DNA from: an uncultured archaeon
Lineage (GTDB): Archaea > Altiarchaeota > Altiarchaeia > IMC4 > QMZM01
Length of the DNA: 22,004 nucleotides
Direction: 5' to 3'
Assembly (NCBI GenBank): GCA_964549685.1
Contig: CAZJVE010000017.1
Coordinates: forward strand, 1 to 22,004
Shown in pieces: positions 1 to 8,543 of this stretch (positions within the stretch are counted from its first letter, which is position 1; each line of letters opens with the position of its first letter). The position numbers and the translations under genes are program-made. The notes beneath the pieces are model-generated. The model searched no databases and had not been told where the DNA came from. It saw only the letters and a list, made by a program, of their open reading frames with translations.

Positions 1-24
1 AAATATTTATTAGTTAATGTAAAA

Positions 25-2355
25 ATGTCAGTGAAATGGGCTTTATTGGCGGTTTTCTTGATATTAGTCTCAACAACCCCCGTGGCTGAGGAAGAGCAGG
101 GACTCATACTGGACTGGGAGCGCCAGCTTCCCTCCAGAATTACAGCCATCATAGCCGGTGACTGGGACAACGACAGCTCGACCGAGATTATTGTAGCTGC
201 TTCAAAGAGCATCTATATCCTGGATTCTGAAGGGGAGCTGGAGAAGGAATATACTATCGATTCGGACGGAGAAATTTATGCACTGGCTGTTGGAAACATA
301 GACAACAAGACAGGGAATGAACTTCTATTCGGGACCGGGTTCACGCTAAGGGAACGCTCCAATGAAACATGGTTCGAATTCACAGGGACGGAACTAACTG
401 AAAAGACAGAGTATCTCTATGAAACGATAAGGAACAAGGGGGAACTGTACGTCATAAGGGACGATGAGATTAGTGAGCTGAAAGACATAGGTGAGTGGAT
501 AAGGGCAATTCATATCTCAAACCTGGACAACAACGGAACGGATGAGATAATACTCGGAACCGGCGGAGCCAACACCGACTGGATGATGGAATATAGTGAA
601 TGGACGGAAACTCTCTGTCGCTATGAGGATCAGCCCGGTCGTGATGTTCTAATATACGTATGTAACGAAACAGTCCATAACATAAGCTGGCATCGTGTTT
701 CCTACGAGATGAACAACGGCTCCGTTTACGTTTTGATAGGAAATGGGAGCGTTCTTGGGAACTACGTCTTTGATAACCCTGTATGGGGTTTAAGCACATC
801 CGACCTCTTTCATGACCAGGACGAGGAAATAGTGGCTGGCTCAGGCGATAACGTATATGAACTGGACAAAGACCTGGGACTCCTCTGGACTTATCCTCTT
901 CAGGGCGATGTCAAAAAAATAGAGATATCTGACATTGACAGGAACGGAAATGAAGAGATTATTGTCGAATTCAGGGCAACAAACGTTAATGGAATAGCCG
1001 TCATCGAAAGAGAAGGCGAGGAAATTTGGGAGTACAGGGTCAAGGGCGACGTAGTTCGGGGCTTCTCCATCAGGAACATTGACCTGGACGAGGAGGAAGA
1101 GGCGCTGGTTGCCTCATCCAATAGCGTATATGTCGTAGACAAAGACGGTAGACTTAAGAGGGAATTCTGGATATTCGAGGGCATTGACAACATTCTGTCC
1201 ACGGACATGGACAACGACAGCTATCAGGAGATTATACTCACGTCAGAGGACACCGTTTATAGCTATGAGATATCAGAGAGACTCATAATAGGGCATAATG
1301 CCACCATCTATTACTCGCTTGCAGAAAAAAACTATGGCCTGGAGAATTACCAGAATGCAATGGAATTTACTGAGATAGCAAAGGAACTATATTCTGAAAT
1401 CAATGATTCTGCAGGGATATTAAAGTGCGATTCGCTGTTGGAGAAAATACAGGAAGGCATAAACAGAAACAAGGAGATAGAAGCGCAATCCCTCTATAAC
1501 CAGGCGATGATGAGGTATCTTATGAACGACTATCTCAACGCAAAAGTGCTCGCAGAAAGAGCCAGGCAGCTCTATGTCGAGATTAACCATCCAGAGGGAA
1601 TCGGAACGTGCAGCTCTCTGATAGGGGATATAAACAGGGAGGGGGGGCTGGAGAACGTCACCGTGGAGAACATAACCTCAACTACGAGCACAATCACCAA
1701 CATTACGACCACCTCTCCAACCACAATCATTGTGACGATTGTGCCCATCGATGATGATGAACCACCGAATCCAATCACAGATTTCTTTACGAAAAACCGA
1801 GAAAAAGCACCCTACGCCATAGGAGTAGGTGTCGTCATGCTCATAGTATTCCTCATCATCAGGCAGCGCTACTTCAAAAAGAAAGAGGAGATGAAGGCCA
1901 GGATTGGGGAGGGGAAACCCGTGGAAGAGAAAGAAAAACCCGCCGAGGAAAAGGCCGAGAAACCAGCAGAAGAGAAGAAGGAAGAGAAACCGGTTGAAGA
2001 GAAGAAAGAAGAGAAACCAAAGCCAGTGGAAGAGAAGAAGGAAGAGAAACCGGCCAAAAAGAAGAAAGAGAAACCCAAGGAGGAAGCAAAGCCCGAGGAG
2101 AAACCAGCCGAGGAAGCGAAACCCGAACCAGAGAAGAAGGAAGAGAAACCCGTCGAAGAAGTGAAACTAGAGGAACCAAAACCAGAGGAAGAACAGAAAG
2201 AGGAACTAAAGCCCGAGGAGGAGCCGCCTGAAGAACCCACGGAAGAGGAGGAACCAGAACCAGAGGAGGAGCTGGAGCTGCCCGAAACGCCAGAGCTGGC
2301 CGAGGAGCTTGACGAGATAGACAAGGAATTCCAGGAGAAATACGGAAAGGAATAA
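25..2355 (+). CDS. Single-pass cell-surface protein: signal peptide, 7 FG-GAP/VCBS-like repeats (beta-propeller), TPR-like helices, Thr-rich linker, TM helix, charged E/K/P cytoplasmic tail
   Basis: Hydrophobic N-terminus MSVKWALLAVFLILVST; seven (D/N)xDxDxxxE(I/L)-type loops (GDWDNDSSTEII, GNIDNKTGNELL, SNLDNNGTDEII, SDLFHDQDEEIV, SDIDRNGNEEII, RNIDLDEEEEAL, TDMDNDSYQEII); helical repeats (YYSLAEKNY..YQNA, LYNQAMMRY..YLNA); TM APYAIGVGVVMLIVFLII at about 1807-1860. Confidence 0.8.
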   Translation: MSVKWALLAVFLILVSTTPVAEEEQGLILDWERQLPSRITAIIAGDWDNDSSTEIIVAASKSIYILDSEGELEKEYTIDSDGEIYALAVGNIDNKTGNELLFGTGFTLRERSNETWFEFTGTELTEKTEYLYETIRNKGELYVIRDDEISELKDIGEWIRAIHISNLDNNGTDEIILGTGGANTDWMMEYSEWTETLCRYEDQPGRDVLIYVCNETVHNISWHRVSYEMNNGSVYVLIGNGSVLGNYVFDNPVWGLSTSDLFHDQDEEIVAGSGDNVYELDKDLGLLWTYPLQGDVKKIEISDIDRNGNEEIIVEFRATNVNGIAVIEREGEEIWEYRVKGDVVRGFSIRNIDLDEEEEALVASSNSVYVVDKDGRLKREFWIFEGIDNILSTDMDNDSYQEIILTSEDTVYSYEISERLIIGHNATIYYSLAEKNYGLENYQNAMEFTEIAKELYSEINDSAGILKCDSLLEKIQEGINRNKEIEAQSLYNQAMMRYLMNDYLNAKVLAERARQLYVEINHPEGIGTCSSLIGDINREGGLENVTVENITSTTSTITNITTTSPTTIIVTIVPIDDDEPPNPITDFFTKNREKAPYAIGVGVVMLIVFLIIRQRYFKKKEEMKARIGEGKPVEEKEKPAEEKAEKPAEEKKEEKPVEEKKEEKPKPVEEKKEEKPAKKKKEKPKEEAKPEEKPAEEAKPEPEKKEEKPVEEVKLEEPKPEEEQKEELKPEEEPPEEPTEEEEPEPEEELELPETPELAEELDEIDKEFQEKYGKE
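1909..2310 (+). repeat. Degenerate coding tandem repeats (EEKPAEE/EEKKEEKP) in the cytoplasmic tail
   Basis: Repeated GAAGAGAAACC / GAGGAGAAACC units, directly visible. Confidence 0.85.
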
Positions 2356-2356
2356 T

Positions 2357-2833
2357 CTAAATTATCTTTATGAAGAAATCAAATGCTTCGACACCAGTCA
2401 ATGACACTATTGTTACAATAATCCCTGCAACCAGAACGCCGATAATATCTGCTATTATGAATTTCTTATAGTCCAGGCCGATTACGTGGGCTGCCAGTAC
2501 TCCTGAGTATACTCCCGAGCCAGGCAATGGAATCCCTATGAAGATTGCAATCCCCAGATAACCGTATTTCTTTACATATATGTCAATCCCTTTCTGGGTT
2601 CTCTTGATATACCTCCTGTACAGGTTATCCATAAATCCTATCCGGGTAAGTATCTTTATTATCGTATCTATTAGAGGATATAATACTGCGCCCAGAATTA
2701 TGTTCGTAATCACACAAACAAGGAATACCGGGGCCCAGTTCAGGTTGGCTTTAAGGATGCCGTATGGTATGGAGGCCCTCAGTTCCAGGAAGGGTAAAAA
2801 AGTAATCCACACTAAATTCAGGATTTCATTCAT
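2357..2833 (-). CDS. COG2426 / putative small multidrug export family membrane protein
   Basis: Motifs LPFLELRASIPYG and FIGIPLPGSGVYSG with several TM segments. ATG at 2833 (MNEIL) preferred over the ORF-track start at 2863. Confidence 0.8.
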   Translation of the reverse strand: MNEILNLVWITFLPFLELRASIPYGILKANLNWAPVFLVCVITNIILGAVLYPLIDTIIKILTRIGFMDNLYRRYIKRTQKGIDIYVKKYGYLGIAIFIGIPLPGSGVYSGVLAAHVIGLDYKKFIIADIIGVLVAGIIVTIVSLTGVEAFDFFIKII

Positions 2834-2872
2834 TTCCTTAATATTTATTTCTCGAATACACAATAATATACT

Positions 2873-3382
2873 ATGGCATCTAGGGTAAGTCTTAATCCAG
2901 TACTAGTTGATGTTCTTAACATGAGTATGAGTAACGACCATGTAGAGATTATGAAGAAGCTTTCCAAGCCCAAGCACGACGAGGATATTGCGGGGGAGCT
3001 TGGGATAAAGGCGACGATAGTGAGGACTCTGCTCAATGACCTCCATGCCAAGGGTCTGGTTGAATACGATCGCATGAAGAACAAGAAAACCGGCTGGTAC
3101 ACCTACCTCTGGATGAAGAGAGAGGATAAGATTGATGAGTACCTGAATGGCTATCTCCAGGAGACCCTCGAGGAGTTGAACGGCCAGCTGGAATCCGAAA
3201 AGGACACGGCCTTCTTTGGATGCTCCTGCAGCAAGGTCGCGATGGGCAGGGCAATGGAGCTCAACTTCATGTGTCCTGAATGCAATGGAGCGCTCACGGA
3301 GTTCAATAATAACAAAACCGTACGACAATTAAACGGTCAAATTGCAAAAATCAACAGAATTCTCAAGAAGAAGAAAAAATAA
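2873..3382 (+). CDS. tfe: Transcription factor E (TFE alpha)
   Basis: Winged helix DEDIAGELGIKATIVRTLLNDL, motif KKTGWYTYLW, Zn-ribbon AMELNFMCPECNG. Confidence 0.93.
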   Translation: MASRVSLNPVLVDVLNMSMSNDHVEIMKKLSKPKHDEDIAGELGIKATIVRTLLNDLHAKGLVEYDRMKNKKTGWYTYLWMKREDKIDEYLNGYLQETLEELNGQLESEKDTAFFGCSCSKVAMGRAMELNFMCPECNGALTEFNNNKTVRQLNGQIAKINRILKKKKK

Positions 3383-3872
3383 GGCGCTGCTCTTTCTGAA
3401 GGAACTATGTGCTGGGGACATAGTCAATCACTCATTGTCTGTTTCTAAAAAGGCGAGGGAAATTGCCGACAAAATTAAAGCAAACGGACACGACATAGAC
3501 CCTGATTTTGTCGAGACCGGTGCAATTCTTCACGACATCGGACGTTCCAGGAGCCATGGCATAGACCACGGAATCAAAGGCTCTGAAATCCTGAGGAATT
3601 CTGAATTCTCAGAATTTGCAAGAATATGTGAAGTCCATCTGGGTGCTGGAATAGACAAGGAAGAGGCAGCATCTGTCGGCCTTCCTGAAAAAGACTACAT
3701 CCCAGAAACACTGGAGGAGAAGGTAATTGCGCATGCCGACAATCTTACTGCCGATAAAGGATATGTCCCCATCTCGGAAACAATCAAAAAGATGGAGAAA
3801 AAACTAGGCAAAGAGCATCCCGCCATCGGGCTGGTAAAGGAACTGAACGACTTCATCAACTCCCTCTTATAA
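3342..3872 (+). CDS. HD(IG)-domain protein (TIGR00295-like); start codon uncertain
   Basis: GAILHDIGRS, HGIDHG, CEVHLGAGI, PETLEEKVIAHADNL; this family commonly lies next to tfe. No in-frame ATG near the N-terminus, TTG at 3342. Confidence 0.85.
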   Translation: MQKSTEFSRRRKNKALLFLKELCAGDIVNHSLSVSKKAREIADKIKANGHDIDPDFVETGAILHDIGRSRSHGIDHGIKGSEILRNSEFSEFARICEVHLGAGIDKEEAASVGLPEKDYIPETLEEKVIAHADNLTADKGYVPISETIKKMEKKLGKEHPAIGLVKELNDFINSLL

Positions 3873-5055
3873 TCTCTGCGCAGTCCTTCAGCAACAAATA
3901 GACGGCGCAGTACTCCGGGACCTTAACTCTGCCGGAGAAGGGTCCAAATTTGTTCTCATTAAAATCAAATTTCGGAACCTTCTTATTCAATTCAATTTCT
4001 ACTTCATCATCAGAAAAAGAAATAGAATCAACCAAGGGGTTGAACTTATCAATATTGTCAACAATGCTTGCCTCAAGCCCAGTACCTCCATGAAGGCTGT
4101 CGGGCAGCCGCATAATCCTTGCGGTATCTATTGTGACCATCTTGTCCGTGTCCTCGGCAGCAAGGGTCTTTATGGCACTCTCCCTTATTATTGCGTCCAT
4201 GAGCGGAGATGATACCTTCTTTATAACTGGCCTTGTTATATTCGGCGTACTGGTCTTGACCGAGGAGGTATCCACCGTGACAATCTCGGGAATTCTGCTG
4301 TATATGCCCTTCTCCACCTCTCTGAGAATTCTGTCCCTGTTGCCATGAATCTCCTTGGCCTTCTTCTCACCTATGCCCTTGATGGCCTCCATTTCCCTGA
4401 TGCCAGAATCCCTGATGAAATTATAAAGGCCGGTATATATCCTCCCCGCCCACCCGGAGTCTCCGTCCTTTGGACCCATGAGGACAGGGATTCCGTCCTT
4501 GTCCTCCTCCACCCTGAGATAATCCACAAAGTTTATACTGCCACTCACATAGTCAACAATCTCTCTCCTTTCCTCTCTGCCAAGACCCCTGATTCCCTCA
4601 TTTCTTATTCTCAGATGGTAGCCCTTGCTACCAGAAAAATTTATTTCCACATCCTTCTTTGAAAATCCGAAATCATTTTCGAGGAACTCCACCAGATTCA
4701 GTGTCTCTCTCTTCACCTCATCCATCTTTTCAGAGCTGAGGAATTCCATCGGCATGTCGAGGTCAAACACCAAATCCGCCCCTAACCAGTTCTTGCTACT
4801 CATCGGCTGGTTGCCGGGGAATTCATAGTATGCCGCGGAATAGGAGATGTAGAACGGTGCATCCCTCTTCAGGAAGTTCCCCAGCTCGGTGGAATTCTTA
4901 AAGGCCCTGTGCCTTGCCTTTATCTTCGTCTCCAGCGTGCCGAATCCAAATTCCCTCATCTCAATATCTGGAGGCGCTGGCGCCTGGTTCTTCCAGTAGT
5001 AATCCTTGAACCTCTTGCTGAGGAAGATTTTGGTTTCGGTGTTCATTATTAGCAT
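3856..5055 (-). CDS. priS: DNA primase catalytic (small) subunit PriS
   Basis: REFGF, YSAAYY, WLGADLVFDLD (DxD), FSGSKGYH, D(KMV)TIDTARIMRLPDSLHGGTGL; HhH-like insertion IKGIGEKKA. Start at 5055 or 5046. Confidence 0.95.
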   Translation of the reverse strand: MLIMNTETKIFLSKRFKDYYWKNQAPAPPDIEMREFGFGTLETKIKARHRAFKNSTELGNFLKRDAPFYISYSAAYYEFPGNQPMSSKNWLGADLVFDLDMPMEFLSSEKMDEVKRETLNLVEFLENDFGFSKKDVEINFSGSKGYHLRIRNEGIRGLGREERREIVDYVSGSINFVDYLRVEEDKDGIPVLMGPKDGDSGWAGRIYTGLYNFIRDSGIREMEAIKGIGEKKAKEIHGNRDRILREVEKGIYSRIPEIVTVDTSSVKTSTPNITRPVIKKVSSPLMDAIIRESAIKTLAAEDTDKMVTIDTARIMRLPDSLHGGTGLEASIVDNIDKFNPLVDSISFSDDEVEIELNKKVPKFDFNENKFGPFSGRVKVPEYCAVYLLLKDCAEIIRGS

Positions 5056-5257
5056 TTCAGATTGAGAGTAAAAATCTCAAAATACTGGGGTTAAAATGTT
5101 TAACAAAATTGCTATAATGATACAAATCATTATCCTTAAATGCAACCCTGCAAGCAATACTAATTGTTTAACATAAATCACAACTAATTTTAAAAGATGA
5201 AAAGAGATAGTATTATAAAAATTAACAAAAGCAAAATACTAACTAAAAAACGATAAA
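5056..5257. promoter_or_regulatory. AT-rich divergent promoter region (priS / relE) with several palindromes
   Basis: About 200 bp, very AT-rich; TTGAGA-N7-TCTCAA (5062-5080), TGTTTAACA twice (5097-5105, 5165-5173), ATAATGAT-ACAA-ATCATTAT (5114-5133). Confidence 0.55.
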
Positions 5258-5515
5258 ATGCCATACCAAATCCTAATCACCGAAACCGCCAAGAAAAAGC
5301 TCAGGAAGTTTGACAGAGAAATCCAGAGAAGATTCTTCAAGAAGGTTGATAAGGTGAAAGATGACCCGAAAACTTTTCTAAAACCCCTTCGCTCAGACAT
5401 GAAAGGCCAATGGGAATACTACTTCGAGAAAAGTTTCAGAATAATCTTCAAAATAAACGAAAAAGACAAAACCCTGACAGTAGATGCAATAAAACACAAG
5501 AATGATATGAAATAG
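5258..5515 (+). CDS. RelE/ParE family type II toxin
   Basis: 85 aa basic protein; YQILITETAKKKLRK, KPLRSDMKGQW, FRIIFKI...VDAIKH fit the RelE fold pattern. Confidence 0.85.
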   Translation: MPYQILITETAKKKLRKFDREIQRRFFKKVDKVKDDPKTFLKPLRSDMKGQWEYYFEKSFRIIFKINEKDKTLTVDAIKHKNDMK

Positions 5516-5517
5516 AA

Positions 5518-5706
5518 CTAAAATCCAAGCTCTTTCTTTACATCTTCCAATCGATGGACTCTACCTTCCTCCCTATCTTTCTCACTCTCAATCAGCTGCC
5601 CCATCAGTTCCTTATCCATCAAGATATCTATCCTTTCCTCCATTGCGGCTATCTCCTTCTTCATACTTAGAAATTCCGTTTTTGGGACTTGGATTGTAGA
5701 GTACAT
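5518..5706 (-). CDS. Putative antitoxin (RelB/Phd C-terminal-like)
   Basis: 62 aa acidic protein with DKELMGQLIESEKDREEGRVHRLEDVKKELG, typical of RelE-partner antitoxins; adjacent to the toxin. Confidence 0.7.
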   Translation of the reverse strand: MYSTIQVPKTEFLSMKKEIAAMEERIDILMDKELMGQLIESEKDREEGRVHRLEDVKKELGF

Positions 5707-5778
5707 TTTATCTGGTTGTATGAAATTATATGCTGTCAGGCATTAAATATATCATTTTATCACAATATCATAACTGTA

Positions 5779-7656
5779 ATGAATCCTGACTACAAAAAAC
5801 TCGGTCTGAAGTGCGGCATCGAAATTCATCAGCAGCTTGATACGAAGAAGCTGTTTTGTTCCTGTCCCTCCAAGATAAGGGATGACGAACCCCACCTCAC
5901 GATAAAGAGAAAGCTGCGAGCAGTCGCAGGAGAGGTGGGGGACATAGACCCCGCCGCTCTTCATGAATTCCTCAGGGACAAGGAGATAATCTACCAGGCC
6001 TACTCTGATACCAATTGCCTTGTCGAACTGGACGAGGAGCCGCCACATACCCTAAACGAAGAGGCATTGAACATAGCGCTGGAAGTTTCACTCCTCCTCA
6101 ATGCAAGGCCCGTGGATGAATTACAAGTCATGAGAAAGACGGTTATAGACGGTTCGAATACTTCCGGATTTCAGCGGACTATTCTCGTTGCAATGGACGG
6201 CTCCATTGAGACGGATTCCGGCAGGGTCGGAATTCCAACAATCTGCCTTGAGGAGGATGCTGCCAGAAAGATATCTGAAGAGGGCAATACAACCACCTAC
6301 CGTCTTGACAGGTTGGGAATCCCCCTCATAGAGATTGGAACCGACCCGGACATAAAGAGCCCGGAGCAGGCAAGGGAAACCGCAGAAAAGCTCGGCATGA
6401 TTCTCAGGGCGACTGGAAAGGTCAAGAGGGGCATTGGAACCATCCGGCAGGACCTCAACGTATCAATCAAAGGTGGGCAGAGAATAGAGGCCAAAGGGGT
6501 GCAGGACCTCCGTATCATCTCCAAGGGCGTGAAGCTGGAGGTGGAAAGGCAGCTGATGCTCATTGAGGTGGCAAAGGAACTGAAGAAAAGGAAGCTGAGC
6601 CCGGGGGAATTAAAACCTGATTTTCATGACGTGACTAATATATTCAAAAATACTAAATCAAAATTAATATCCTCACTTCTAAAGGACAGGGGCTCCAAGG
6701 TAGTCGCTGTAAGACTGCCCAAATTCAATGGACTCCTAAAAGGAAAGCTGGGCCCTGAGCTTGCCCAGTATGCAAGAGCCGCAGCAGGGGTCAAAGGCAT
6801 CTTCCATTCCGATGAGCTGCCCGGCTACGGCATAACAGAGAAGGAGGTTGAGGCAGTCGTTAAGGAATTCTCCCCAAAAGGGAATGATGCATTTGCCATC
6901 GTCGTCGAGAAGAAGGCCACAGCAGAAAAGGCCCTTGAGGCCGTTATTGATAGATGCAGGACGGCACTGGAGGGAGTCCCCAAGGAGACGAGAAGGGCAA
7001 AAGACGATGGCACTACGGAATTCATGAGGCCCCTGCCAGGCTCTGCAAGAATGTACCCTGAAACGGATGAACCTCTTGTCCCAATAACGAGGGAAAGGAT
7101 TTCAGAGATAAGGAAAAAACTTCCCAAGCTCCCGGAACAGCGCATCGGTGAATTCACCGGCATGGGCCTTAGTCACGAGCTTGCTAATCAGCTTGTGAGG
7201 TCCAGATTCCTGGAAGAGTTCGAGGAATTCACCAGGAAATTCAAGAATCTCAGGCCCTCGCTTATTGCGACAACCCTGCTGGCAACCCCAAAGGAGGCCA
7301 AGAAGAAATACGGAATAGAGCTCGATTCGATAGAGATACCTCATTATCACGATGTCCTGAAGGCCGTAAACGAGGGAAGAATTTCAAAGGAGTCCATCCC
7401 GGAGATTATTGCCGACATTGCAAAGGAGGCGGGGGGCATAGAAAAAGCAATCAAGAAGAAGGCAGCCAAGGTATCCCTGAAGGATATAGAGAAGGACATA
7501 GACCGGATAATAGAGGAAAATATCGAATTCGTCATGAGCAAGGGAGAGAGAGCAGTCGGGCCCCTGGTTGGCAAGGCAATGGCAGAATTCAAGGGCAGAG
7601 TCGACGGAAATGAGATAAGCAGGATTGTCAGAGAGAGGTTAAAGAAAGTAAAATAG
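5779..7656 (+). CDS. gatE: Glutamyl-tRNA(Gln) amidotransferase subunit E
   Basis: DYKKLGLKCGIEIHQQLDT, MRKTVIDGSNTSGFQRT, RLDRLGIPLIEIGT, GIGTIRQDLNVSI, IFHSDELPGYGI (insertion domain), RPLPGSARMYPETD. Start reassigned to ATG 5779. Confidence 0.97.
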   Translation: MNPDYKKLGLKCGIEIHQQLDTKKLFCSCPSKIRDDEPHLTIKRKLRAVAGEVGDIDPAALHEFLRDKEIIYQAYSDTNCLVELDEEPPHTLNEEALNIALEVSLLLNARPVDELQVMRKTVIDGSNTSGFQRTILVAMDGSIETDSGRVGIPTICLEEDAARKISEEGNTTTYRLDRLGIPLIEIGTDPDIKSPEQARETAEKLGMILRATGKVKRGIGTIRQDLNVSIKGGQRIEAKGVQDLRIISKGVKLEVERQLMLIEVAKELKKRKLSPGELKPDFHDVTNIFKNTKSKLISSLLKDRGSKVVAVRLPKFNGLLKGKLGPELAQYARAAAGVKGIFHSDELPGYGITEKEVEAVVKEFSPKGNDAFAIVVEKKATAEKALEAVIDRCRTALEGVPKETRRAKDDGTTEFMRPLPGSARMYPETDEPLVPITRERISEIRKKLPKLPEQRIGEFTGMGLSHELANQLVRSRFLEEFEEFTRKFKNLRPSLIATTLLATPKEAKKKYGIELDSIEIPHYHDVLKAVNEGRISKESIPEIIADIAKEAGGIEKAIKKKAAKVSLKDIEKDIDRIIEENIEFVMSKGERAVGPLVGKAMAEFKGRVDGNEISRIVRERLKKVK

Positions 7657-7699
7657 CTATTTTTATTCATCCCATCCAATATCTTGAGTACTTCTCGAA

Positions 7700-8455
7700 A
7701 TGGAGCTAAAGGTAGTAATCTCGGACCCTGAGACGGGTAAGGCATATCAGCAGGAGCTGAAGGACGATAGGGCCATCAGGTTCAAGGGCAAGAAGCTGGG
7801 CGATGAGATAAGCGGTTCGGTTCTCGGCCTGGAGGGCTACACCCTTAAGATAACTGGAGGCAGCGATAGAAGCGGCTTTCCGATAAAGCCGGGCGTCCAT
7901 GGAACCGCAAGGCCGAAGATTCTCATGACCGAAGGGATAGGTTACCATCCCAAGAGAAAGGTCCGCAGCAAGAAGCGAGTGAGGGGGGAGAACATAGACG
8001 AGGACATAACTCAGGTTAATACAAAGGTCATCAAGAAGGGCAGGAAGGATATATCGGAGTTACTTGGCGCTGCTGGAGAAGAAGGCGAAGCAGCAGAAGC
8101 AGGGGCGGAGAAGCCACCTGAGGCCAAGTCAGCCGAGGAGAAACCAGTAGATGAACCCAAGGCCGAAGAGAAGCCAGCCGAGGAAGCAAAGCCCGAGGAG
8201 AAACCTGCTGAGGAGCCAAAGACTGAAGAAAAGCCAGCTCCGGAACCCGAGGCCAAGCCAGCCGAGGAAAAGCCGGCCGAAGAACCAAAGGTAGAAGAAC
8301 CCAAGGCCGAGGAGAAACCTGCCGAAGAACCAAAACCAGAGGAAAAACCAGCCGAATCCAAGCCAGAGGAGGCAAAACCTGAAGAGAAACCAGCCGAGGT
8401 AGATGAAAAACCAGCAGAAGAAGCTGAGAAACCAGTAGGAGAAAAGAAGGCCTAG
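7700..8455 (+). CDS. rps6e: 30S ribosomal protein S6e with long E/K/P/A-rich C-terminal extension
   Basis: KVVISDPETGK, LKITGGSDRSGFP, KKRVRGENI..DITQVNTKV; about 128 aa repeat tail. Confidence 0.95.
   Translation: MELKVVISDPETGKAYQQELKDDRAIRFKGKKLGDEISGSVLGLEGYTLKITGGSDRSGFPIKPGVHGTARPKILMTEGIGYHPKRKVRSKKRVRGENIDEDITQVNTKVIKKGRKDISELLGAAGEEGEAAEAGAEKPPEAKSAEEKPVDEPKAEEKPAEEAKPEEKPAEEPKTEEKPAPEPEAKPAEEKPAEEPKVEEPKAEEKPAEEPKPEEKPAESKPEEAKPEEKPAEVDEKPAEEAEKPVGEKKA
8077..8452 (+). repeat. Coding tandem repeats ([10 protein letters not shown]) in the S6e tail
   Basis: Roughly ten degenerate EEKPAEE(A/P)K units. Confidence 0.9.
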
Positions 8456-8496
8456 AACTGCTTTTATGAACCCAATCTTATTCAATTACCTAAATG

Positions 8497-8543
8497 AAAA
8501 TTCGCAGGGCGAATTTTGATTTATTGAAAATTCATTTTCAATA
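8497..8543. promoter_or_regulatory. Two tandem perfect inverted repeats upstream of eIF2gamma
   Basis: AAAATTCGC-AGG-GCGAATTTT (8497-8517) and TATTGAAAAT-TC-ATTTTCAATA (8522-8543, includes the A of the ATG). Confidence 0.55.

Noticed and set aside
1861-1884. RYFKK after the TM helix resembling the integrin alpha GFFKR motif
   Set aside because: Adequately explained by the positive-inside rule; the match is too short.
1869-2324. Ser/Phe/Gly-rich antisense ORFs (also 8011-8485 and 13472-14279)
   Set aside because: Shadow frames of the purine-rich EEKP repeats on the opposite strand; no independent coding signal.
5056-5257. Possible replication origin (AT-rich spacer beside priS)
   Set aside because: No ORB/mini-ORB consensus (TTCCAGTGGAAAC with G-string) and no cdc6/orc1 gene in the window.
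5689-5778. N-terminal 30-aa extension of GatE in the ORF track
   Set aside because: Overlaps the antitoxin start and the divergent promoter; homology begins at MNPDYKKLGLK (5779).
8077-8452. CRISPR-like or transposon-derived repeat array
   Set aside because: Repeats are degenerate, in-frame and lack unique spacers; no cas or transposase gene in the window.
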